A stretch of 64,000 bases of DNA from Takakia lepidozioides (taxonomy: Eukaryota; Plantae; Bryophyta): the NCBI GenBank assembly GCA_030704615.1, contig CM060732.1, forward strand, positions 74,462,001 through 74,526,000. The letters are read 5' to 3'. The position numbers and the translations under genes were made by a program. Positions 14,266-25,400 of this stretch are shown piece after piece (positions within the stretch are counted from its first letter, which is position 1; each line of letters begins with the position of its first letter). The notes beneath the pieces are model-generated. The model was not told the DNA's origin. It searched no databases and was given only the letters and a program-made list of their open reading frames with translations.

Positions 14266-17200
14266 TGAGGATCCCACTTGAGAAGGCTTTTTACCACACG
14301 TTCTGCTAGTTCCACATTCCCATGAGTTCTGCAGGCACCAAGCAAGGCTCCCCATACTGAAGCATCTGGTTTGATTGGCATTTTGTTAATGAATTCCTCT
14401 GCCTTATTCAATTGGCCAGCACGTCCAAGGAGGTCCACCATACAGCGAAAATGGTCGAGTGTAGGAGTGAGACCATGAACTGGTGTCATGGAATCAAAGT
14501 AGTGACAGCCTTCATCCACTAAGCCCACATGGCCACATGCAGAGAGAAGACATATGAAGGTGATACAGTTCGGCTTCAAGCACTCTTGTTGCATTTGTTC
14601 AAATAGTTGGAGGGCCTCCCTACCACACCCATGCTGTGCATATCCTACAATCATAGTGTTCCAAGAGACCACATCATGTTGAACCATTTCGTCGAACACT
14701 TGGCGTGCATCGTTAATGCTCCCACATTTGGCATACATGTCAACAAGGACAGTCTCCAGAATGATGTCTGGAAAAGTTCCAGCTTTGAGGATGTCTGCAT
14801 GGACCTCTTTGCCCTTTTCCAGGGCTGCCAAGCTGGCATACGCATTAAGAATGCAAATAAATGTGACCTTGTTGGGTCTCACCCCTTCATGTATCATTTG
14901 CTCATACATATCAGAAGCCTCCCTACCACACCCGTGTTGAACATATCCTGCTATCATCACAGTCCATGAGACTACATTTCGTTCAGCCATTTTGTCAAAC
15001 ACCTCATGCGCGTCCTTCATGCTCCCGCATTTGGCATACATATCGACAAGGGTATTCTCCAGATTAATATAAGACGTAATTCCAGTTTTAACGATGTCAG
15101 CATGCACCTTTATGCCCTTTTCCAGGGCTGCCAAACTGGAACACGCATTAAGAACGCCAATGAAAGTGACCTTATCAGGCATGACCCCTTCCTGTATCAT
15201 TAGCTCATACATCTCATAAGCCTCTCTACTACACCCCTGTTGAACATATCCTGTGATCATGGCACTCCATATGACCACATTTCGTCGAGTCATCTTGTCA
15301 AACACGAGACGTGCATCTTTCACGCTCCCACATTTCGCATACATGTCGACAAGGGCAGTCTCCAGGATCACATCTGGTGCAATTCCAGCTATGATGATGT
15401 CAGTATGGACCTCTTCAGCCTTTTCCAGGGCCCGTAGGCTGGCACATGCATTGAGAACGCTAATGAACGTGACCTTGTTGGGCATCACCCCTTCCTGTAC
15501 CATTTGCTCATACATCTCAAAAGCCTCCTTGCCACACCCATGTTGAGCATATCCTGCAATCATGGCACTCCATGAAACCACATTTCGTTCGGTCATGTTG
15601 TCAAACACTTGATGTGCATTGTGCATGCTTCCAGATTTGGCATACATATCAGCAAGGGCAGTTTCCAGAATAATATCGGATGCGATTCCACTTTTGATGA
15701 TGTCAAGATGGATCTCTATACCTTTTTCCAAGGCTGCCAGGCTGGCACATGCATTTAGAAGGCAAGTGAATGTGACCTTGTTGGGCATAACCCCTTCCTG
15801 TTTCATTTTTTCATACACCCTGAGAGCTTCCTCCCCACAATGGTGCTTAGCATATCCTGCTATCATTATACTCCACGTGAACAATGGTCGCTTTGGCATT
15901 CTGTCAAACACTAGGCGTGCATCCTCCATACTTCCACACTTGGCATACATGTTGACAAGGGTGTGTAGTAAAAATACGTTTGGCTCAAATCCCCTTTGGA
16001 TGATGTGTGAGTGTACCTGCTTTCCCTCTGCTAGGCCTTTAACATCAATGCACTTCTGCAAGAGACAGACATAAGTATTCCCATCGAATGGTGTTCTTTC
16101 TTGGTTCAAAATATGCAGTGCCTCCTTAAGTTGTCCTGCCTTACATAGTGACCTTACATCTCCACAAATAACAGCAGGGTTCTTGTCCACTACATCTCCT
16201 GTTCCTCCTTCAAAAGCAGTAGTCGAAGTAGAGGTGCCTGATTCCAACAGTTGTGCCTGATTCAACCCTGATGTCCTGCATGATCAAACTCTTTAGCACC
16301 CATCCTGTACAATACTCAGATCCAATATTTCGAAGTCCGATGACTCTTCAAAGAAACATCTCTTCATGAGGGCAGGGTCCTACATATTGAAACGGGTGTA
16401 AATTACCATAGTGATCTACTTTGAGAATATGTCGATTGGAACCCTTCAATCATCATTGTTAAAGGTATACCGGTTGGACTCTCGGTCTGGAGCTCCATGG
16501 TGCATATCGACATTAGAACCATCACAAGACTGTGCTTGACCTTCTACCATGGCGGCTAGCCCTGCTTTCACCCAAGAAGGGCTTGACCCACTCTCAATCC
16601 AAAGACCCTCCTTTGAGCGCTTGTGCCTGAAGTCTGGAGATCTTGGACTCTTCTGTGAAAATCATTCTTTGGCAGCTGAGCGGCCATAGGTTTCAAAAAC
16701 AGCCTCACAGTAGAAGAACGCAAACACCAAAGCTCCGATCATCTTCCACATACCAGCAATCAACCTACTTTCACGTCCTGCGACCATTAGAAAACTCATA
16801 TCACCAGCTAACAAAACATTCATCAACCCTCCTTTACAAACTGTTTTCCGTCCTAGGAATATAGCCTCACCTTTTCAAATCTGTTGTCCCACCACTGTGA
16901 AGGATCTGAGAAAAACTCCTGCCAAAGCCCTTCCATGCTTAATTCTTGGCCTGCATGGAAACACCACGGAGACAGAGAAATTTAGCAACCAATATTCTCC
17001 AAGGCAAATTGAGGAATAACAGCACCTCCAAAGTGCCCCCTCTCTCCTTATCGACCCCCCAGTCTTACAATTGTGGCTCTGCACTGCTCCAGGGTGAACA
17101 GAGCCATGTGTCCCCTACTTGCGACAACCAGCCCTCCACATTAACGAGCGAACGCAAATGCATGTACATCGTGGACCTGGCAGAGGGATTTAAAGGGGTA

Positions 17201-17575
17201 AGACTTCAGTTTCAAGGCGAACTCTCACGGTGAAGGAAACCGTGAAGGTATTTCCCCCAGACAAGGTATCACAAAGGGGCCACGGCCGCAGGTAAACCAT
17301 GTGAAGAGATGTCGTTGTCAAGGATTAGAAACCAGGGATCGCACCTATACAAAACTTCAGAAACCCAAAGGAACGCAAATTATTTGCAAGTCTGTACCGT
17401 CCATCGGTCTCGAGCCAGGAATGGCCAGACTCGATGCCCATCTCAACTCCAGAGCCTGGCCCGTCAATCTGCTCCCTACTGTAAACCCTCCCGCCCCTTT
17501 CTCGCACAAATAAGACAGGGCTTTGGACACGGCCACTGCCTCCATGCCTAGGAGACAGGCGGAGCGCGCTGCCAT
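14193..17575 (-). CDS. PLS-class PPR protein (organellar RNA-editing factor family) with putative transit peptide, N-terminal OSB-type PDF motif, ~18 P/L/S motifs and E1; truncated by a frameshift before DYW
   Basis: Proposed exons: 17575-17398 (MAARSACLLG..RWASS), 16950-16871 (QELSMEGLWQEFFSDPSQWWDNRFEK), 16652-16471 (KSPRSPDFRHKRSKEGLWIESGSSPSWV), 16275-14193 (P-L-S triplets of 101 aa/303 nt, P2-L2-S2, E1 SVWGALLGACRTHGN). All introns GT-AG and phase-compatible. PPR identity is certain; the 5' exon model is inferred. Confidence 0.85.
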
Positions 17576-17909
17576 CCTCTTGATCGCCCACGCTTCCAGA
17601 GAAGCTCAGGTGTGACCCTCCATGCAAATTTCCGATGTGTGAGCCTCCAGCCTACTATTTCCCAGATCTTCAGACAGAGCTCCTCTCCGTTAAGGTTGGA
17701 AAAAGAAGAACGAAGCCATTCGAACAAGACCCAGCAGGTGAAAGCCACTCTTAGGTGCAAGAGATTGGCCTCAGGGGCCAACAGTGTACTTACAGAGTTG
17801 TGTGTGAAGATCAAAGTTGAGGAGTGCAAAGGTGAACATCCATTCCTTCCAAAATAGCTTTAGAGTTTAGAGTTTCAAATGAATAGGGGACAGTTGATGA
17901 GTTTTGGTT

Positions 17910-18246
17910 GCCTCTCATTTTAAGATAATAGGGTCTTCAATGGGCACGTGCGATGTGGCCGGTGGGCCCCGCGCACGGACGCCCAGCACCCCGCCCGCCC
18001 CGCCCGCCACTGCGCGCGGCCGCAGAACCCGCGCCCGCGCCCCCGTCCGCCGCGCGGCCAGTCCCCCGCCCATGAGTCCGCTGCCCTCCAGTCTGCCAGT
18101 CCGCTGCTGGCCAGTCGGCTGCCCAGCAGTCTGCCAGTCTGCCCGCCAGTCCGCTGGCCAGTCCCCTGCCATCCAGTCCGCTGACGGCGCAGGATCGCCA
18201 CCGTCCATTCCCATAACCCATCCGAGCCCTCCATTTTTAGGGCTGC
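17910..18246 (+). repeat. Left TIR of the MULE (~335 bp, GC-rich, with CAGTC(C/T)G subrepeats)
   Basis: Reverse complement of 30197-30639, apart from subrepeat copy number. Confidence 0.95.
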
Positions 18247-18390
18247 AATTCAAACCTGCATCCCTGCCGCCTGCCACTTGTCAGCAGCCGCGAACGTGCG
18301 CACTGTTCTCCTGGCACGTTGTCGATCGTGTCTTGTACTGCGGCGCGTTTCTTGCATGTTCAGAAGCGTGTCCTTTGCACTGTATAGGGC

Positions 18391-21300
18391 ATGGACGTGG
18401 AAGCAAAACCCGATGATATACTGATCACGGAAAGCCCGCTTATACGGCCTCTTCGACAATGTTTGCAAACAGCAAAACCAGGACCCTTCAACAGGAAGGA
18501 TCTCCATTGGAAGAGTGAGACGCAATATGGGTTTATGGGTGTGCGAGTGAATGTTGAAAAGGCCTGCATACCTTGGGATAGAGTTGGTGACTTCGTCCTG
18601 GGAGAGGAGAGTTTGGAGGACTATCCCACTCAGTTTTGGGTGAATGTCCATTCTATAGTGGAACCCGGCTCGCGAAAAGCAACCAGAGCCAACACATTTC
18701 TGTCCAGTATTATGTGTGCACCATCCTCAGTCCTTTTGACGTTTCATTGCATGTCTGTTGCCATTTTTTGTTTCACGAGTTCTCTGATTTTATGCTTCCT
18801 CAAGTCGTTGGATATCGATTTTAGAATTTTCTGTCCAGGTATCAATGCTGCTACGGTCCTGATGACAAGCGCACCAACAAGACAATAGTGGAGGATCCAA
18901 AACAGAAGCGTGGAGGACCTCTTGTGGGTGCTGGAACATCTTGCCCTCATAAAGGCCCAAGGAGAAAGAAGTTGGAGTATGGAGAGTCTTACAAACGTGG
19001 TTGCCAATGCTGTTTCAAGGTCCAGCAATGCTATCTCGCCCCTGACATCTGCGTCCTCACGTACTACAACAACATGGAGCATACAGATGCGCAAGGGAAA
19101 CCCTCGCATGGGAAGTCCGCAGAGTTCAGGAACACCCGCCACGCCTATGCACCACACATTAGCGAGGAATTGAAAGCCTGGGTCGTCGAGTGTTTGTGCC
19201 GAGGCCTGTCGGTCGCCCAAATCATGATGGAGCATAAAGAGCACGTGATGAACAACACTGGCTTGGGCGATGCATGGACCCGCGATGATTTCTTGTTGGA
19301 GCAAGATGTTCGCAACCTTGCCGAGAAACGTGCGTGACAAACCTTCAAAAAACACGCCGATGATGCAGAGAGTGTGCGCATGTGGAGAGACCAAAATCCT
19401 GCGTCCGTTTTTTTCTATTAAGAGGAGAAATTAGAGCCAACATTCGAGCATTTTGATGGAGATTTGACATTCACTATTGGCATACAGACTCCGTGGCAGA
19501 AACAACGAATGCTGGAACTAGGACATGACCGTATCGTTGCATGTGATGCAACCTTTGGGACAAATCATGACAAGGTACTATTCGAACGATTCCATGGACT
19601 TATACGAGCATGATAGCATAGTACCATGCAACATTCACATAATATTTGGTGTGCTGACCCTTTCTGTATGTTTAGGGTTGTGTATGTTGCAAAAGACCGA
19701 GAGGCAGACCCATTATGAACCGCTACAGACCTCATCACTCTTATGAAGTCTTCTCGTGCAGAACTGAGCGGAATTTGCATGCTCTGACCATCTTACATTG
19801 TGCATTCCAACAGTTCCCATTGTACACGTTGATGGTCTTCGACGAGTGGTTGAACGGTATACCAGTTGCCTATATCCTATCCGCGAGGAATCGGACAAGA
19901 GACCTGGTTCCGTGGATGAGAGCCTTGCGCGATTCACTCCTCGCAGATTTGCCGAGCTGGCGACCCAATGCCTTCATTGTGGACGATGCCGAAGCAGAAA
20001 TCAACGCTATTCGGTAAGTCTGTTGGTCCACAGCACCGGTCCATTGTCGAGGTCCACTGTAGCAGTCCATTGCTACAGTCCACTGGCAGACTCCTGTGGC
20101 GAAACCCGATGGCAGTTCGCTGGGCAAATCCACTGGTAGTCCGCTGTCAAGTCTGGTCATCACTCCCCTGGCAAGTCCGCTGGCAGTCCCCGGCAAGTCC
20201 GCTCGGCAGTCCGCTGCCAAGTCCACTCAGCAGTCCCTGGGGTCGGCCGTCCGCTGCCAAGTCCGCTCAGCAGTCCCTGGCAAGTCCGCTCGGCAGTCCA
20301 CTGTGGCAGTCCAATGGGGCAGTCTGCTGATGCAGTCCGCTGCCCCAGTCCTAGCTAGGGGAAGTCCAATGGGTAGTCCAATGGGGTTATTCCAGCACAT
20401 CAACGTCATGGCATTGTATTGTCCACTGGCCGAGTCCAGTGGCTCTGCCCGCTGATACAGGTCGCTGTTACAGTCCACTCCGGCAGTCCACCATTGCAGT
20501 CCGATCCCAAGACTCTAATGTGTACCATGTGTGTTGTGCAGAATTGTTTTTGAAGGAGTACTCATTTTCCTCTGCCTTTGGCATGTCCGCAAGGCATGGG
20601 TGAAGCAATCATGCAAGAAAACGAAGGATCCGGTGACCGCTGTAAACTTGTTGAAGGATATAGGAGACCTCATGTACTGTAGAGGGGGACCACGCAACGA
20701 GAAAAGAGCGCTTCGGTGGGTTGCAAGGAGAATCCGTCGTATGAGGTCAAAATACCCGAAAGGACATGAATTTCTTGACTATATCGAACAGTACTGGAAG
20801 CCCAAAATAGCAATGTGGTGTACAGCAGCCCGCCATGTCCCTCATGCGAGCCAAGACACAAACGCAAGCATTGAGGCATACCATGGAAATCTGAAGGCAA
20901 GACTTGCCATGGGGAAAGGCAAGATGAGTGGTCGTAGAGTGGACTGGCTTATATGGGAACTCACTGGCCGTGTGCTAACACACTACTGGTACGCAATCCA
21001 TTTGAAGACCCACGGGTTCATAAGAAATGACAAACACGAAAAGTACATATCCAGTTCTATACTTGCGGCACGAGACATTCCTGCTGAGAGTGTTACTCTT
21101 CCCTTGGGTCCTGGTGAACCAGCCTACGTTCTCAGCAGCAACCACCCCGGCACAACATACATTGTTTACAATCCTGATTGCGATTGGGGTTGTTGCACGT
21201 GCCCATGGGCAATGAAGGGAAACTTATGCAAGCATCAGGTCCGTGTCCTGAAGATGCTTCACCCTGACCTGCAGATGGCCTCCTTGTGCGCGCTTGTGGC

Positions 21301-21794
21301 ACGGCGCTGGGAACCATTCATGGAGGATTACCTAACTTGCTCTTGGGCAATGGTGCCGGGGCAACGACGAATCCAATCAGTTCATGGAAAGACATCCTCC
21401 GGACGACTTCCCCTACGACGAGGCACCTCTGGAGGTCTCAGCCTCATTGGAACAAGAATTCGCGGACATACTTCGCATTGTAGGTGATGACAAATACCTG
21501 GAGGCACATGCCCGATCTGCTCTTCATATGTGCAGAGGGCAGCTCGTTGATATCCTGGCGAAAAGTGTGGCTGGAATGTTGCACCCTGCGGCAGCGAAGG
21601 CTTTCCGTCCTCTGAACGACAACAACAACATGTCTCTGAAAAGGAGACGAGATTTCGTGGAGGCCTGGAAAACCCGGCCTAGGGTTTTGCGGAGAACCAG
21701 CAAGAGGGTGTCTGCACCTGCACCTGCAGCACATATATACTCGAAAATTCGCAAGGTTTCAGGTCGTGTAGATGTCACGAAGAAGACAATATAA
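18391..21794 (+). pseudogene. MULE transposase with SWIM zinc finger; spliced, inactivated
   Basis: Approximate exons 18391-18713, 18839-19574, 19814-20013, 20542-21794. Motifs KRGCQCCF..H, ACDATFGTN (D), FIVDDAEAEINAI (D), LCLWHVRKAW (CxxH), TNASIEAYH (E), CCTCPWAMKGNLCKH (SWIM). In-frame stops TGA 19335 and TAA 19419; frameshift near 21290. Confidence 0.9.
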
Positions 21795-21937
21795 GTCTGC
21801 AATGCCTCGAAAAGAGACAAGGTTTCACGTCGTGTAGGTGTCACGGAGAAGACAATATAAGTCTGCAATTCCTCGAAAAGAGACAAGGTTTCATGTCGTG
21901 TAGGTGTCACGAAGAAGACAATATAAGTCTGCAATTC
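21752..21937. repeat. 66-bp tandem repeat (~2.8 copies) spanning the transposase stop codon
   Basis: CAAGGTTTCA..GTCGTGTAG..AAGACAATATAAGTCTGCAAT starts at 21752, 21818 and 21884. Confidence 0.9.
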
Positions 21938-22482
21938 TTCTGGTAGCATTGTCCCTTTCTGAAATACAAGTCCGCAATGGACTAATGCACAGTCTCCCAA
22001 CGGACTCCTCCAGTCTCCCAACTGACTCCCACACAGTCTCCCAAACATAGTCTCCCAACGGACTCACGCACAGTCTCCCAACAGAGTCACAGTCAACAGA
22101 CTGCGAGCGCCAGTAAGCCAGTCTGCTGGTCAGTCTGCTGCCCACTCCAAAACTCTGCTCACCACACTTCCACCTCATCCCTGCAACTTATGCCAATCCA
22201 GCGTCCCAGCGGACTCATGGACATGGTGCCTCCCAGACTAGGTACCAGACCCAACAGTCCTAGCCTCGGCAGCGTACTGCTCGCACATTCAAGCTCAGCA
22301 GACTCGGGTGCACAGTGCATGGAAAAATTGACACCATTGTGTCCATTGAGTTTAGTGACAACATTACAAAACATGCCAGCACCCACAGTACACAAAAGTG
22401 CTCATCACCACTGGAATAGTAAGCGAAAAGACTCGCATTTTTTATTTCGGTACATAGACTTCACAGGACAAGTACATCATAC

Positions 22483-25400
22483 TCATGAGAGCAGTTTCTC
22501 TACATTGTCCAACCCCCGCACGATATACTGGGCACACTGCATTCGCTGCCCAAGTGCAAACTTGAAAGAAAACCAGTCCTTCGTGAAAGGTGTTCCTCTC
22601 TCTGGCTTTGCAGTCTTGGAGACATTTGCTCTGACTTTTACCCACTCATAAAACACTTGAATGAATGACATGACGTAAAAGCCACACTCCCAGCTGAATG
22701 GTTGCTGGGGCACATCAGGCGCGTGGAACTGAAATGCTTGGACAATCTCATGCCACTCTGGTGAGTCCATCGAGTACCCTAAGCACTGCGCATGAAGCTT
22801 CCAATCCACCCTAGAACAAAGGGACATTTATGCAAGTCCCTGATAGAGTTCAGGTGAGTGTAACAGCCCTTGCGGAGGTCGATGATACAAACACTCCAGT
22901 GCCCCCTGCAATGGTATCAAACAACATGGCGTCATTGCACAATCATGATGGGCAGACTCAGCAGACTGACACTCAGCAGACTCAGCACTCAGCAGACTCA
23001 ATCTTCAAACCCAGTCCACTGCACAAATACAGAGGTCAACTTAATCGCTCAGAGTCAAGACGACACTGCAAAACCAACTATGACTCAGGAGACAGTCTCA
23101 GCAGACTCAGAAGAGTTCTTACTCGTCCCCAATTGGCACCAAAATGAAATCGCACTCTTTCAAGTCTTGCCCAGTCGTTCAGTGCTGAGGCAACCTTTCA
23201 AGACCTCCAAAGGCTTTCATGTTGCCCCACCCCCAATGACTTCAACACCGTCCATGTCGACGTTGGAAGAACAGCAATAGTGTTGGTGAACGCAGCCTCA
23301 ACCGACTTCTCATAGAATCGACACCACAGCTCCAGGAGTCTATCTGTGCACTCCGACTCAACCTTCTGGACCGCCTTTATGTCATCCGGCGACAGTCCGC
23401 ATTCAAACCGTGGGTCCCCTTCAAAAAACATCAGCATGGAATTACCCGCCTTCACGTGCAGAGCATGTGCTTTGCCAAACCGAGCACCCATCCTGCACAG
23501 AGCAGACCATCCTTCGGGAAGCCTCATGTACTGAACAGACTGACGTCAACATGGTACCAAACACTCTACAGGCTGAACAATTCATCAGACTGACAAGACT
23601 AACCACAACAGACAATGATGAAACCAGCAGCAGACTGACCACAATAAACCGCAAAGCACTTAACGACAAAGACAGACGAGGAGACTGAGCACAGTACTCA
23701 CCTGTGCTGCTCCAGGAAACGACCCACATCTTTGTCCATGTCCAAGGCCAGCTTGCGGTTCTTGTTCATAAAGACGTCAGACTTTTTCTTCGCCGGTCTC
23801 TTGGTACTCGGACCCTCCTCGACCTCCTCAGCATGGTCCACGACAGTCCGCTTCTTGGCTTTGCCTCTCCCCTGGGAAGCAGGGACAGCTGTAGGCGGGC
23901 TGGATAGAGCAGACAAACGCAGCGCTGCCGCCCTACTTCGCAACAGAGGCTGGTCAGCAGGTTTGTTTACACTTGCTGGACCTGTCTTTGCAGCTTCGTG
24001 GGTCGCATGCGTAGAACTACCCGCGCATCGGGGGCGTGCTCACCCCCACACCTTTCTGGTTGTCGATCCCACGTTTGCAGCATGGGCAAAAGATGTCATG
24101 TCCTTAGAAGTAGACAGTCTGCCGACGGAGGGACGAACATCCTGTGAGGATACCGAGCAAAATGTCGAATTAGCCCAATTTCACAATGTGCTAAAAATAA
24201 ACAACAATGCTGAAAGAGGAAATGGCACAACCTGCCCAAGGGGTGAGGGAGCAGACTCCATGTAATCCAGCGCTATACCAGACGGTGTCTGTGCCGCATG
24301 TGGTTCCTTGTCAGTGTGCCTGCCAGCATGTTCAGTCTGTTGCTCAATGTGGGCAGTCTGCTCGGCCGCCGGTTCTTCGTCAGTCCTTTCGTCTGTGAAC
24401 TGTGCAGTCTGCTGGCAACTCTGCGGTTCAGTCTCTTCCTCAATGTGGGCAATGTGCTCAGTGGCAGGTTGGTCGTCAGTCCTTCCCTCTGTGAAGTGTG
24501 CAGTGTGCTGGTCAGGCCGTGCAATCTGAACTGTGCAGTCAGAGCTGAGCTGTGCAGTCTGCCGCTCCGAGCCATCCTGGTCAGTCCTTCCATCTGTGAC
24601 CTGTGCAGTCTGCTGGTTAGTCTGCGGTTCGGTCTGCTCATCAATGAAGACAGTATGCTGCCCCGCCACAGGTTGCTCGGCAGTCCTTCCATGTGTCCAC
24701 TGTTCAGTGTGCTGGTCAGTCTGGTGGACAGCCGGCTGGGTGTTCGGATCTCCATGGACTTGGGAAACATCAAGAACATGTATGGAAGACCCACGGCAAT
24801 TGCTTCCTCAGACTCTTCTGTAAGATCTATGATACGGTTTTGCGTTCCCAGATTGAGTTCGGTCATCACGTAAGACTCATCTATGGCTTTCGCCACTGAG
24901 CGCACGAAAACGGGACTAACCTGGAAGGTCATAGAAGGCAGGCCACGGGGAGCTGGATAAGAATGCTTTACCGGTGACCTGATGACGTCGTCAGTGAATG
25001 TGCCTGGGGGGAAAGTGGACTCGGTCAAAACACTCATACTGGCAGATCCAAAAACATGTTGTTGGGAACTCAGCAGAAATTCGTCCACAGGGTCCCGGTG
25101 AGGCCAGTGCATCCGAGTCTGTTGCACAATCCAGGGAACAGACTGGCTGTTAGTCTCCTGGATAGTTTGCTTCGCCATCTGCTGAGTGGGTTCGCCAGTG
25201 TGCTGCACAGTCTGCTGATGGGCAATCTGCTGGCTGGATTCGTCGGTGTGCTGCACGGTCTGCTGAGGGGCAATCTGCTGGCTGGATTCGTCGGTCTGCT
25301 GCATGGTCTGCTGTACAGTTTGCTGAGGGGCAGTCTGGTGGCCATGTTTGCTGGTCTGCTGCACAGTCAGCTGAGGGGCAGTCTGTTGGCCGGTCTGTTC

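Noticed and set aside
14607-16074. Repeating plus-strand ORFs
   Set aside because: Antisense shadows of the PPR repeats.
17904-18416. Multiple overlapping GC-rich ORFs in both TIRs (also 30021-30689)
   Set aside because: Stop-poor by-products of GC-rich TIR subrepeats, mirrored at both ends.
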